A DNA stretch of 64,000 bases, taken from the NCBI RefSeq assembly GCF_009914755.1, contig NC_060938.1; one strand, written 5' to 3'. Shown one piece after another: positions 49,800 through 63,290 of the stretch (within the stretch, counting starts at the first letter, position 1; each line of letters starts with the position of its first letter). A model generated the notes under the pieces. The model was not told the origin of the DNA. It saw nothing but the letters and a program-made list of their open reading frames with translations, and searched no databases. Source of the stretch: the human T2T-CHM13v2.0 reference genome, Homo sapiens. A program made the position numbers and the translations under genes.

Positions 49800-52140
49800 T
49801 TTTTGTAGAATCTGCAAGTGGATATTTGGTGCGCTTAGAGGCCTATGGTGGAAAAGGAAATAGCTTCACATAAAAACAACATGGAAACATTCTGAGAAAC
49901 TTCGTTGTGATGTGTGTATTCATCTCACAGAGTGGAACCTTTCTTTTGATTGAGTAGTTTTGAAACTTTCTTTTTGTAAAATCTGCATGTGGTTATTTGG
50001 AGCCCTTTGTGGCCAATGGACGAAAAGGAAATATGTACCCCTAAAAACTACACAGAAGCATTCTGAGAAACTTCTTTGTAATGTATGCATTCATCTCATG
50101 GTGTTAAAGTTTCTATTGTTTGAGCAGTTCTGAGACACTCTTTTCGCAGAATCTGCAAGTGGATATATGGAGCGCTCTGAGGCCTATGGTGGAAAGGAAT
50201 ATACCTTCACATAAAAACTACACAGAAGGATTCTGAGAAACTTCTTTGTGATGTGTGCATTCAACTTGCAAAGTTGAACTTATCTTTTGATATAGCAGTT
50301 TTGAAACAGTCTTTTTGTAGAATTGTGTGTGATTATTTGGAGCCCTTTGTGGCCAATGGTGGAAAAGGAAATGTCTTTCTCTAAAAACTACACAGAAACA
50401 TTCTGAGAAACTACTTTGTGATGTGTATATTCAGCTCACAGAGTTGAACCTTTCATTTGATTGAGTAGTTTTGAAACACTCTTTTTGTAGAATCTGCAAT
50501 TGGAAATTTGGAGCGCTTTGTCACCTAATGTGGAAAAGGTAATATCTTCACATACAAACTACACAGAAGATTCTGAGACACTTCTTTGTTTTGTGTGCAT
50601 TCATCTGACAGAGTTGAACCTATCTTTTTTTTGAGCACTTTTGAAACTCTCTTTTTGTAGAATCTGCAAGTGGATATTTGGAGCCCTTTGTGGTCTATGG
50701 TGGAAAAAGATATATCTTCACACAAAAACTACACAGATGCATTTTGAGAAACTTTGTTGTGATTTGTGCATTCATCTCACAGAGTTGAACCTTTCTTCTG
50801 ATTGAGCAGTTTGGAAACACTCTTTTCATGGAATCTTCAAGTGGATATTTGGAGCACTTTGTAGTCTATTGTGGAAAAGGAAATATCTTAACATAAAAAC
50901 TACAGAGAAGCATTCTGAGAAACTTCTTTGTGATGTGTGCATTCAACTCACAGAGTAATATGTCTTTTGATAGAGCAGTTTTGAAACTGTCTTTATGTAA
51001 AATGTGCAAGTGGATATTTGGAGCCCTTTTTGGCCAATGGTGGAAAAGGAAATATCTTTCCCTAAAACTACACAGAAGCATGCTTAGAAACTTCTTTGTG
51101 ATGTGTGCACTCATCTCACACAGTTGAACCATTCTTTTGATTGAGCAGTTTGGAAAAATTCTTTCAGTAGAAATGCAAGTGAATATTTGGAGCCCTTGGA
51201 GCCGTATTGTATAAAAGTAAATACCTTCACTTAAAAACTACACAGAATCATTCTGAGAAAGTTCTTTGTGATGTGTGCATTTCCTCACAGAGTTGATACT
51301 TTCTTTTGATTGAGCAGTTTTAAAACACTCTTTTTGTAGAATCTGGAAGTGTATAGTTGGTGCCCTTAGAGGCCTATGGTGGAAAAGGGAATATCTTCAC
51401 ATAAAAACAACACAGAAGCATTCTGAGAAACTTCGTTGTGATGTGTGCATTCATCTCACAGAGTTGAATCTTTCTTTTGATTGAGCAGTTTTGGAACTTT
51501 CTTTTTGTAAAATCTGCATGTGGTTGTTTGGAGACCTTTGTGGCCAATGGAGGAAAAGGAAATATGTTCCCCTAAAAACTACACAGAAGTATTCTGGGAC
51601 AATTCTTTGTAATGTGTGCATTCATCTCACAGTGTTAAATTTTGTATTGTTTGAACAGATTTGAGACACTTTTTTCACAGAATCTGCAAGTGGATATATG
51701 GAGCGCTTTGAGGCCTATGGTGGATAGGGATATATCTTCACATAAAAACTACACAGAAGGATTCCGAGAAATTTCTTTGTGATGTGTGCATTCAACTCGC
51801 AGCATTGTACCGATCTTTTGATATAGCAGTTTTGAAACAGTCTTTTTGTAGAATCTGTGTGTGATTATTTGGAGCCCATTGTGGCCAATGGTGGAAAAAG
51901 AAATATCTTCCTCTAAAAACTACACAGAAACATTCTGAGAAACTTCCTTGTTATGTATATATTCAGCTCACAGAGTTGAACCTTTAATTTGATTGAGTAG
52001 TTTTGAGACACTCTTTTTGTAGAATCTGCAATTGGAAATTTGGAGTGCTTTGTCGCCTAAAGTGGAAAAGGTAACATCTTCACATAAAAACTACACAGAA
52101 GGATTCTGAGACACTTCTTTGTTTTGTGTGCATTTGTGTC
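49800..52140 (+). repeat. Old duplication of a ~5-monomer alpha block at ~1531-bp (9-monomer) offset
   Basis: ~49800-50610 resembles ~51330-52140, sharing atctgcatgtggtt, ggccaatgga(c/g)gaaaagg, aatatgt(a/t)cccctaaaa, gtgtgtgattatttgg and gagacacttctttgttttgtgtg. Confidence 0.8.
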
Positions 52141-55100
52141 ACAGGGTTGATCCTTTCTTTAGACTGAGCAGTTTTGAAACACTCTTTTTGTAGAAACTGC
52201 AAGTGGTATTTGAGCACATTGAGGCCTATGGTGGAAAAGGAGATATCTTCAAGTAAAAACTACAGAGAAGCATTCTGAGAAACTTGTTTCTGAGGTGTGC
52301 ATTCATCTCACAGAGTTGAACATATATTTTGATAGAGCAGTTTTGAAACTCTCTTTTTGTAGAATCTGCAAGGGGATATTTAGAGACCTTTGCGGCCTAT
52401 GTTGGGAAGGGAAATATCTTCACATAAGAACTGCACAGAAGCATTGTGAGAAACTTCTTTGTGATGTGCTCATTCATCTCACAGAGTTGAAACCTTCTTT
52501 TGATTGAGGAGTTATGAAACACTCTTTTTGAAGAATCTGCAAGTGGAAATTTGGAGTGCATTGAGGCCCATGGTGGAAAATGAAACATCTTCACATAAAA
52601 ATTACACAGAAGCATTCTGAGAAACTTCTTTGTGATGTGTGCATTCAATTCACGTAGTTGATCCTATCTTTTGACAGAGCAGTATTGAAACTCTCATTTT
52701 GCAGAATCTGCAAGTGGCTATTTGGAACCCTTTGTGGCCTGTGGTGTAAAAGGAAATATATTAACATAAAAAAAGAACAGAAGCATTCTGAGAAACTTCT
52801 TTGAGATGTGTGCATTCAGCTCACAGAGTTGAACCTATCTTTTGATAGAGAAGTTTTGAAACTCTCTTTTGGTAGAATTTGCAAGTGGATATTTGGAGCC
52901 ATTTGCACCTATGATAGAAAAGGAAATATCTTCACACAAAAACTACACAGAAGCATTCTGAGAAACTTCGTTGTGATATGTGCATTCATCTCAAAAATTT
53001 GAACATTTCTTTTGATTGAGCACTTTTGAAACACTCTTTGAGTAGAATCTGCAATGGGATATTTGGAGCGCTGTGAGGCCTATGGTGGAAAAGGAAATAT
53101 CTTCACATAAAAATAACACAGAAGCTTTCTGAGAAACTTCTTTGTGATGTGTGCATTCAACTCACAGAGTTCAACCTATCTATTTATAGAGCGTTTTGGA
53201 ACTCTCTTTTTGTAGAATCTGTAAGTGGATATTTGGAGCCCTTTGATGCCTATGTTGGAAGAGGAAATATCTTCACATAAAAACTACAGTGAATCAATCT
53301 GAGAAACTTCTTTGTGATGTGAGCATTCAACTCAAAGAGTTGAACCTATCTTTTGTTAGAGCAGTTTGGAAACCTTCTTTTTGTAGAATCTGCAAGCGGA
53401 TATTAAGAGCCCTTTGCAGAGTATAGAGAAAAAGAAAATATCTTAACAAAAAAACTACACAGGAGCATTCTGAGAAACTTCTTTGTCGTGTGTGCATTCA
53501 ACACACAGAGTTGAACATATCTTTTGATAGGGCAGTTTTGAAACTCTCTTTTTGTACAATCTGCAAGTGGATATTTGGAGCCCTTTGGGGCCTTTTGTGG
53601 AAATGGCAATATCTTCACATAAAAAGCACACGGAAGCATTCAGAGAAACTTCTTTTATTGTGTGCATTCATCTCACAGAGGTGAAACTCTCTTTTGATTG
53701 AGCAGCTTGGAAACACTCTTTTTGTAGAATCTGCAAGTAGATATATGAAGCGCTTTGAGGCCTATTGTGGAAAAGGAAATATCTTCACAGAAAAACTACA
53801 CAGAAGCATTCTGTGAAAATTCTTTGTGATGTGTGCATTCATCCCACAGAGTTGCACCTTTCAATTCATTGAGCATTTTTGAAAATCTTTTTGTAGAATC
53901 TGCAAGTGGATACAAGGAGTGCATTGAGGCCTATGGTGGAAAAGGAAATATCTTCATATAAAAACTTCACAGAAGCATGCTGACAAACTTCTTTGTGATG
54001 TGTGCATTCATCTCACAGAGTTGAAACTTTCATTTCATAGAGCCGTTTTGAAACACTCTTTTTGTAGAATCTGCAAGTGGATATTTTGAGCGCTTTGAGG
54101 TCTATGGTGGAAAAGGAAATATCTTCATATAAACACTACGCAGAAACATTCTGAGAAACTTCTTTGTGATGTGTGCTTTCATCTCATAGTGTTGAACCTA
54201 TCTTTTTATATAGCAGTTTTGAAACTCTTTTTGTAGAATCTGCAAGAGGATATTTGTAGCCCTATGCTGCCTATTGTAGAAAAGGAAATAACTTCTCATA
54301 AACACTACACAGAAGCATTCTGAGAAACTTCTGTCTGATGTGTGCATTCAGCTCACAGAATTGAACCTGTCTTTTCATAGAGCAGTTTTGAAACTCTCTT
54401 TTTGTAGAATCTGCAAGTGGATGTTTGGAGCCCTTTGCGGCCTATTGTAGAATAGGAAATATCTTCACATAAAAACTACACAGAAGCATTCTGAGAAACT
54501 TCTTTGTGATGTGTGCATTCAACTCACAAAGTTGAATCTTTCAGTTGATTGAGCAGTTTTGAAACACTCTTTTTGTAGAATCTGCATTTGGATATTTGGA
54601 GTGCGTTGAGGCCTATTGTGGAAAAGGGAATACTTTCACATAAAAGCTACACAGAAGCTTTCTCAGAAAGTTCTTTGTTTTGAGTGCAGTCATCTCACAG
54701 AGTTGAAATTTCTTTTCATTGAGCAGTTTTGAAACACTCTTTTTGTATAATCTGCACGTGGATATTTGGAGCACTTTGAGGCCTATGGTGGAAAAGGAAA
54801 TATCTTCACATAAAAACTACACAGAAGCATTCTGAGAAAATACTTTGTGATGTGTGCATTCATATCACAGAGTTGAACCTGTCTTTTGATAGAGCAGTGT
54901 TGAAATTCTCTTTTTGTACAATCTGCAAGTGGATATTTGGAGCCCTTTGTTCCCTGCTGTGGAAAAGGAAATACATTCTCTTAAAAGCTGCAGAGAAGCA
55001 TTCCGAGAACCTTCTTTGTGATGTGTGCATTGATTTCACAGAGTTGAAGCTTTCTTTTGATTGAGCAGTTTTGAAACACTGTTTTCGTAGAATCTGCAAG

Positions 55101-55939
55101 TGGATATTTAGAGCGTTTTGAGGCCTATGGAGGAAAAGGACATATCTTCACATAGAAACTACCCAGAAGGATTCTGTGAAACTTCTTTGTGATGTTTGCA
55201 TTCAACTCACAGAGTTGAACCTATCTTTTGATAGAGCAGTTTGGAAACTCTTTTTTTATAGAATCTTCATGTGGTTATTTTGAGACATTTGTGGCCGATG
55301 GTGGAAAAGGAAATATCTTTCCCTAAAACTTACAGAGAAGCATTCTGAGAAACTTCTTTGTTATGTGTGCATTCATCTCACAGAGCTGAACTTTTCATTT
55401 GATTGGGCATTTTTGAAACACTCTTTTTGTAAAATCTGCAATTGGATATTTGGAGCACTTTGAGACCTATTGTGGAAAAGGAAATATCTTCATATAAAAA
55501 CTACACAGCAGCCTTCTCAGAAAAGTCTTTGTGATGTGTGCATTCATCTCACACTGTTGAACCTTTCTTTTGATTTAGCAGTTTGGAAACACTGTTTTAG
55601 TAGAATCTGCAGCTGGATATTTGGAGCCCTCAGAGCCATATTGTGGAAAAGGAAATATCTTCACATAACAACTACACAGAAGCATTCTGAGAAACTTCTT
55701 TGTGATGTGAACATTCATCTCACAGAGTTCAACCTTTCTTTTGATTGAGCATTTTGAAACTCTCTTTTTGTAGAATCTGCAAGTGGATAATTGGAGTGCT
55801 TTGAGGCCTATGATGGAAAAGTAAATATCTTCTCATAAAAACTACACAGAAGCATTATGAGAAACTTCTTTGTGATGTGTGCATTCATCTCACAGAGTTG
55901 AACCTATCTTGTGATACAGCAGTTTTGAAACTTTCTTTT

Positions 55940-56624
55940 TTTATTATACTTTAAGTTTTAGGGTACATGTGCACATTGTGCAGGTTTGTCACATATGTAT
56001 ACATGTGCCATGCTGGTGCGCTGCACCCACTAACTCGTCATCTAGCATTAGGTATATCTCCCAATGCTATCCGTCACCCCTCACCCTACCCCACAACAGT
56101 CCCCAGAGTGTGATATTCCCCTTCCTGTGTCCATGTGATCTCACTGTTCAATTCCCACCTATGAGTGAGAATATGCGGTGTTTGGTTTTTTGTTCTTGCG
56201 ATAGTTTACTGAGAATGATGATTTCCAATTTCATCCATGTCCCTACAAAGGACATGAACTCATTATTTTTTATGGCTTCATAGTATTCCATGGTGTATAT
56301 ATGCCACATTTTCTTAATTCAGTCTATCATTGTTGGACATTTGGGTTGGTTCCAAGTCTTTGCTCTTGTGAATAACGCCGCAATAAATATACGTGTGCAT
56401 GTGTCTTTATAGCAGCATGATTTATATTCCTTTGGGTATATACCCAGTAATGGGATGACTGGGTCAAATGGTATTTCTAGTTTTAGATCCCTGAGGAATC
56501 GCCACACTGACTTCCACAATGGTTGAACTAGTTTACAGTCCCACCAACAGTGTAAAAGTGTTCCTATTTCTCCACATCCTCTCCAGCACCTCTTGTTTCC
56601 TGACTTTTTAATGATTGCCATTCT
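55940..56624 (-). mobile_element. 5'-truncated LINE-1, L1PA2-like (~685 bp)
   Basis: ttattatactttaagttttagggtacatgtgcacattgtgcagg is the L1 3' end. The site cactaactcgtcatctagc is the GAG type rather than the L1HS ACA/ACG type. Possible short TSD ttctttt at 55933-55939 and 56621-56627. Confidence 0.93.
56319..56621 (-). pseudogene. L1 ORF2p C-terminal fragment (CCHC cysteine-rich region) with premature stop
   Basis: The translation [46 protein letters not shown]...PKCPTMID* matches ORF2p; the following Trp codon is TGA. Confidence 0.9.
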
Positions 56625-58519
56625 TTTGTAGAATCTGCAAGTGGATAATTTGAACACTTTGAGGCCTATGATGGAAAAGGAAATATCTTCTCATAAAAAC
56701 TACACAGAAGCATTCTGAGAGACTCCTTTGTGATGTGTTCATTCAACTCACAGACTTGAACCTATCTTCTGACAGAGCAGTTTTGAAACTCTCTTTTTGT
56801 AGAATCTGCAATTGGATATATGGAGCCCTTTGTGGCTTATGGTGGAAAAGGAAATATCTTCACATAAGAACTACACAGAAGCTTTCTGAGAAACTTCTTT
56901 TTGATGTGTGGATTCAACTCACAAAGTTGAACCTCTCTTTTGATTGAGCAGTTTAGAAACACTCTTTTTAAAGAATCTGCAAGTGGATATATGAATGTTT
57001 TGAGGCCTATTGTTCAAAAGGAAATATCTTCACATAAAGCTACACAAAAGCGTTCTGATAAACTTATTTGGGATGTGTGCATTCGTCTCACATATTTGAA
57101 ACTTTCAATTGATTGAGCAGCGTTGAAAGATTCTTTTTGTATAATCTGCAAGTGGATATTTGGAGCACTTTGAGTCCTATGTTGGAAAAGGAAATATCTT
57201 CACATAAAAACTACACTGAAGCTTTCTGAGAAAATTTTTGTGAAGTATGCATTCAACTCACAGAGTTGAACGTATCTTTTCATAGAGCAGTCTTGAAACT
57301 CTCTTTACACATTATCTGCAAATGGATATTTGGAGCGCTTTCAGGCCCATAGCTGAAAAGGAAATATCTTCTCATAAAAACTACACAGAAGCATTCTGCG
57401 AAACATTTTTGTGATGTGTACATTCATCTCACGGAGTTGAAACTTTCTTTTGATAGAGTAGTTTTGAAACACTCTTTTTGTAGAATCTGCAGGTGGATAT
57501 TTGCATCACATTGAGGCCTATCGTGGAAAAGGAAATATCTTCCCAAACAACTACACAAAAGCATTCTCAGAAACTTCTTTGCGATGTGTGCCTTCATCTC
57601 ACAGGGTTGAAACTTTCTTTTGATTGAGCAGTTTTGAAACACTCTTTTCATAGAATCTGCAAGTGGATACTTGGAGCGTTTTGAAGTCTATGGTGGAAAA
57701 GGAAATATCTTCAATTGAAAACCACACAGAAGCATTCTGAGAAATCAATTTGTGATGTATGCATTCAACTTGCAGAGATGAACCTATCTTTTGATAGAAC
57801 AGTTTTGAAACCCTCTTTTTGTAGAATCTGCAAGTGGTTATTTTGAGCCCTTTTTGGCCAATGGTGTAAAAGGTAATATCTTCACATAAAAACTACACAG
57901 AAGCATTCTCAGAAACTACTTTGTGATGTGTGCATTCATCTCACAGAGTTGAACCTATCTTTTGATAGAGTAGTTTTGAAACACTCTTTTTGTAGAATCT
58001 GCAAGTGGACATTTGGAGCCCTTTGTGGCCTATAGTGGAAAAGGATATATCTTAACATGAAAACTACAGAGAAAGATTCTGAGAAACTTCTTTGTGATGT
58101 GTACATTCACCTCACAGAGATGAATCTTTCCTTTGATTGAGCAGTTTTGAAACACTTTTTTTGTAGAATCTGCAAGTGGATATTTTGATTGCTTTGAGGC
58201 TTATTGTGGAAAAGGCTATGTCCTTAAGTAAAAACTACACAGAAACATTCCCAGAAACTTCTTTGTTTTGCGTGCATTCATCTAACAAAGTTGAACCTTT
58301 CTTTTGATTGATCAGTTTTGAAACACTCTTTCTGTAGAATCTGCAAGTGGATATTTGGAGCACTTTGAGGACTATGGTGGAAAAGGTAATATCTACACAT
58401 AAAAAATACACAGAAGCATTATAAGAAAGTTCTTTGTGATGTGTGCATTCAACATTCAGAATTGAACCTATCTTTTGATTGAGCAGTTTTGAAATTCTCT
58501 TTTTGTACAATTTGCAAGT

Positions 58520-59110
58520 GAATATTTGGATTCCTTTGCGATCTATGGTGGAAAAGGAAATATCTTAACATAAAAACTAGACAGAAGCATTCTGAGAAAC
58601 TTCTTTGTGATGTTTGCATTCAACTCACAGAGTTGAACCTGTCTTTTGATAGAGCAGTTTTGAAACTTTCTTTTTGTGGAAACTGCAAGTCGATATTTGG
58701 AGCACTTTGCGGCCTATTGTGGAAAAGGAAATGTCTTCACATAAAAACTACATGGAAGCATTCTGAGAAATTTCTTTGTGATGTGTGCATTCAACTCACA
58801 GAGTTGAACATATCTTTTAATAGAGCAGTTTTGACACTCTCTTTTTGTAGAATCTGCAAGTGGATATTTGGATTCCTTTACAGCCTATGGTGGAAAAGGA
58901 AATATCTTAACATAAAAACTACACAGAAGAATTCTGAGAAACTTCTTCATGATGTTTGCATTCAACTCGCAGAGTTGAACCTGTCTTTTGATAGAGCAGT
59001 TTTGAAACTTTCTTTTTGTGGAAACTGCAAGTCGATATTTGGAGCACTTTGTGGCCTATTGTGGAAAAGGAAATATCTTAACATAAAAACTACACAGAAG
59101 AATTCTGAGA
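58520..59110 (+). repeat. Alpha dimer duplication (342-bp offset)
   Basis: ttgtggaaactgcaagtcgatatttggagcactttg occurs at ~58675 and ~59017, with shared ggattccttt and atcttaacataaaa variants. Confidence 0.8.
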
Positions 59111-62100
59111 AACTTCTTTGTGATGTGTGCCTTCATTTCACAGAGATGAACCGTTCATTTGATTGAGCAGTTTTGAAACTCTCTTTTTGTAGAATCTGCA
59201 AGTGGATATTTGGAGCCCTTTGCAGCCTATGGTGGAAACGGAAATATCTTCACATAAAAACTACACAGAAGCATTCTGAGACACTTCTTTGTGATGTGTG
59301 CATTCATCTCACAGAGTTGAACCTATCTTTTGATAGAGCAGTTTTGAAACTCTCTTTTGTAGAATCTGCAAGTGGGTATTTGGAGCCCTTTGCAGCCTTT
59401 TGGGCAAAAGGAAATGTCTTCCAATTAAAACTACACAGAAGCATTCTGAGAAAGTTCTTTGTGAAGTGTGCATTCATCTCACAGAGTTGAAGCTTTCTTT
59501 GGATTGAGCAGTTTGGAAACACTCTTTTTGTAGAATCTGCAGGTGGCTATTTGTAGCACTTTGAGGCCTATGGTGGAAAAGGAAATATCTTCACACAAAA
59601 ACTTCACAGAAGCATTCTGAGAAACTTCTTTGTGATGTGTGCATTCATCTCACAGAGTTAAACTTTTCTTTTGATTGAGCAATTTGGAAACCCTCTTTTT
59701 GTTGAATCTGCAAGTGGATATTTGGAGCAATTTGAAGCCTGTGGTGGAAAAGGAAACATCTTCATATAAAAACTCTACAGAAGCATTCTGAGAAACTTCT
59801 TTGTGGTGTGTGCATTCAACTCACAGGGTTGAACTTATCTTTTGATAGAGCAGTTTTGAAACTCTGTGTCGAATCTGCAAGTGGATATTGGGAGCACTTT
59901 GCGTCCTATGGTGGAAAAGGAAATATCTTCACATAAAAACTACACAGAAGCATTCTGAGAAACTGCTTTGTGATGTGCGCATTCCTCTCACAGAGGTGAA
60001 CCTTCCTTTTTATTCAGCAATTTGGAAACACACTTTTTGTAGAATATTCAATTGGATATTTGGAGTGTTTTGTGGCCCATTATGGAAAATTAAATATCTT
60101 CACATAAAAACTACATAGAAGCATTCAGAGGCATTTCTTTGTGATGTGTGCATTCAAGTCACAGAGTTGATCCCATCTTTTGAATGAGCAGATTTGAAAC
60201 TCTCTTTTTGTAGAATCTGCAGGTGCATATTGGTTGTCCTTTGTGGCCTAAGGTGGAAGAGGAAATATATCCACATAAAAACTACACAGAAGCATTCTGA
60301 GAACCTTCTTTGTGATGTGTGCATCAGACATCGACTCATAGAGTTGAAGCTTTCTTTTGATTGAGGAGCTTTGAAACACTTTTTCTGTAGAATCTGCAAA
60401 TGGATATTTGGAGCACTTTGAGGCCTGTTGTAGAAAAGGAAATATATTCACATAAAAACTACACAAAAGCATTCTGAGAAATTTCCTGTGATGTGTGCAT
60501 TCATCTTACAGATTTGAACATTTCTTTTGATTGAGCAGTTTTGAAACACACTTTTTATAGTATCTGCAAGTGTATATTTGGAGCACTTTGAGGCCTATTG
60601 TGGAAAAGGAAATATCTTCACATAAAAACTACGCAGAAGCATTTTGAGAAAGCTTTTTGTGAATTTTCACTCATCTCACAGAGTTAAACCTTTCTTTTGA
60701 TCCAGCAGTTTCGAAACACTCTTTTTTTAGACTCTGCAAATGGATATTTGGAGCGCTAGGAGGCGTATTGTGGAAAAGGAAATATCTGCACATAAAAACT
60801 ACACAGAAGCATTCTGAGAAAGTTCTTATTGCTGTGTGCATTCAAATCACAGAGTTGAATCTGTCTTAGAATGAGCAGTTTTGAAAATCTCTTTTTGTAG
60901 AATCTGCAAGTGGATATTTGGATCCCTTTGTGGCCTGCGGTGGGAAAGGAAATATTGTCACAAACAAACTACACAGAAACATTCTGAAACACTTCTTTAC
61001 GATGTGTGCATTCATCTCACAGAGTTGCATCTTTCCTTTGATTGAGCAGTTTTGAAAAACTATTTTTGTACAATCTGTAAGTGGATATTTGGAGCACTTT
61101 GAGGCCTCTTGTGGAAAAGGAAATAACTGCACATAAAAATTACACAGAAGCATTCTGAGAAACTTCTTTGTGATGTGTCCATTCCTCTCAGGGTAGAACC
61201 TTTGTTTTGATTGAGCAGTATTGAGACACTCTTTTTGTAGAATCTGCAATTGGATATTTGGAGCGTTTTGAGTCCTCTCATGGAAAAAGAAATATCTTCC
61301 CCTAAAAACTAAACAGAAGCGTTCTGAAAAACTTCTTAGTGATGTGTGAATTGAACTCACATAGTTGAACCTATCTTTTGATAGAGCAGTTTTGAAACTC
61401 TCTTTTTGTAGAATCTGCAACTGGATATTTGGAGCCGTTTGTGGCCAATGGTGGAAAAGGAAATATCTTCACATAAAAACTACACAGAAGCATTCTGAGA
61501 AACTTTTTTGTGATGTGTGCATTCAATTCACAGTGTTGATCCTATCTTTTGATACAGCAGTTTTGAAACTCTCCTTTTGTAGAATCTTCAAGTAGATATC
61601 TGAAGCCATTTTTGGCCTAAAGTGGAAAAAAAAATCTTCACATAAAAACTACATAGAAGCATTCTGAGAAACTTTATTGTGATGTTTGCATTCAACTCAC
61701 AGTGTTGAAGCATTCTCTTGATAGAGCAGTTTTGAAACACTCTTTTTGTAGAATCTGCAAGTGGATATTTGGAGCGCTTTGAGTCCTATTGTGGAAAAGG
61801 CAATATCTTCACATAAAAACTACACAGAAGCATTCTGAGAAACTTCTTTGTGATGTGTGCCTTCAACTCACAGAGTTGAAGCTATCTTTTGGTGAAGCAG
61901 TTTTGAAACTCCCATTTTGTAGGATCTGAAGGTGGATATTTGGAGCCCTTTAAGCCCTTTTGTGGAAAAGGAAATATCTTCACATAAAAGCTGCACAGAA
62001 GCATTCTGAGAAACTTCTTTTTGATGTATGCTTTCATCTCAGAGTGTTGAACATTTCTTTTGATTGAGCAGTTTGGAATCCCTCTTTTTGTAGAGTCTGC

Positions 62101-62939
62101 AAGTGGAAGTTTGGAGCCCTTTGAGGCCTATGGTGGAAAAGGAAATATCTTCAAATAAAAACTACACAAAAACATTCTGAGAAACTACTTTGTGTTGTGT
62201 GCATTCATCTCACAAGTTTGAACCTATCTTATGATTGAGCAGTTTCAAAACACTCTTTTTGTAGAATCTGAAAGTGGATATTTGGAGCACCTTGTTGCCT
62301 ACAGTGGAGAATCAAATGTCTTCACATAAAAACAAGACAGAAGCATTCTCAGAACCTTCTTTGTGATGTATGCATTTATCTCATGGAGTTTAACTTTTCT
62401 TTTGATTGAGCACTTTTGAAACACTCTTTTTGAAGATTCTGCAAGTAGATATTTGGAGGCCTTTGACACCAATTGTGGAAAAGGAAATATCTTCACATAA
62501 AAACTACACAGAGGCATTCTGAGAAACTTCTTTGTGATGTGTGTAGTCATCTAATGGAGTTGACACTTCCTTTTTATAGAGCAGGGTTGAAGCGATCTTT
62601 TTGAAGAATTAGCAAGTGGATATTTGGAGAGCTTTGAGGCCTATGGTGGAAAAGGAAATATCTTCAAATAAAAACTACGCAGAAACATTCTGAGAAACTT
62701 CTTTGTGATGTGTGCATTCAACTCACAGGGGAGAGCCTATCTTTTGATTGAGCCGTTTTGAATCTCTTTTTTTGTATAATCTGCAAGTGGGTATTAGGAG
62801 CCCTTTGTGGCCCATGGTGGAAAAGAAAATATCTTCAAATAAAAACTACACAGAAGCATTCTGAGGAACTTTTTCGTGAGATGTGCACTCAACTCACAGA
62901 GTTGAACCTATCTTTTGATTGAGCAGTTTTTAATCTCTC

Positions 62940-63290
62940 TTTTTATAGAAGCAGCATGTGGATATTTGGAGACCTTTGTGGCCTATGGTTGAAAAGGAAA
63001 TATCTTCAAATAAAAACTAGACAGAAGCATTTTGAGAAACTTTTCTGTGATGTGTGCATTCATATCACAGGGTTGAACTACCTTTTGATTAAGCAGTTTT
63101 GAATCTCTTTTTTTGTAGAAGCTGCATGTGGATATTTGGAGACTTTTGTGGCCTATGGTTGAAAAGGAAATATCTTCAAATAAAAACTAGACAGAAACAT
63201 TTTGAGAAACTTCTCTGTGATGTGTGCATTCATATCACAGGGTTGAAACTACCTTTTGATTGAACAGTTTTGAATCTCTCTTTTTGTACC
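62940..63290 (+). repeat. Alpha monomer duplication (170-bp offset)
   Basis: gc(a/t)gcatgtggatatttggagac...catatcacagggttgaa occurs at 62951 and 63121. Confidence 0.82.

Noticed and set aside
60321-60340. Small (~8-9 bp) insertion, gcatcagacatcgactc, in one alpha monomer
   Set aside because: It is an isolated indel too short to interpret.
58633-61595. Alpha-satellite ORFs up to 184 aa
   Set aside because: 171 bp is a multiple of 3, so chance in-frame read-through of monomers produces repetitive ORFs.
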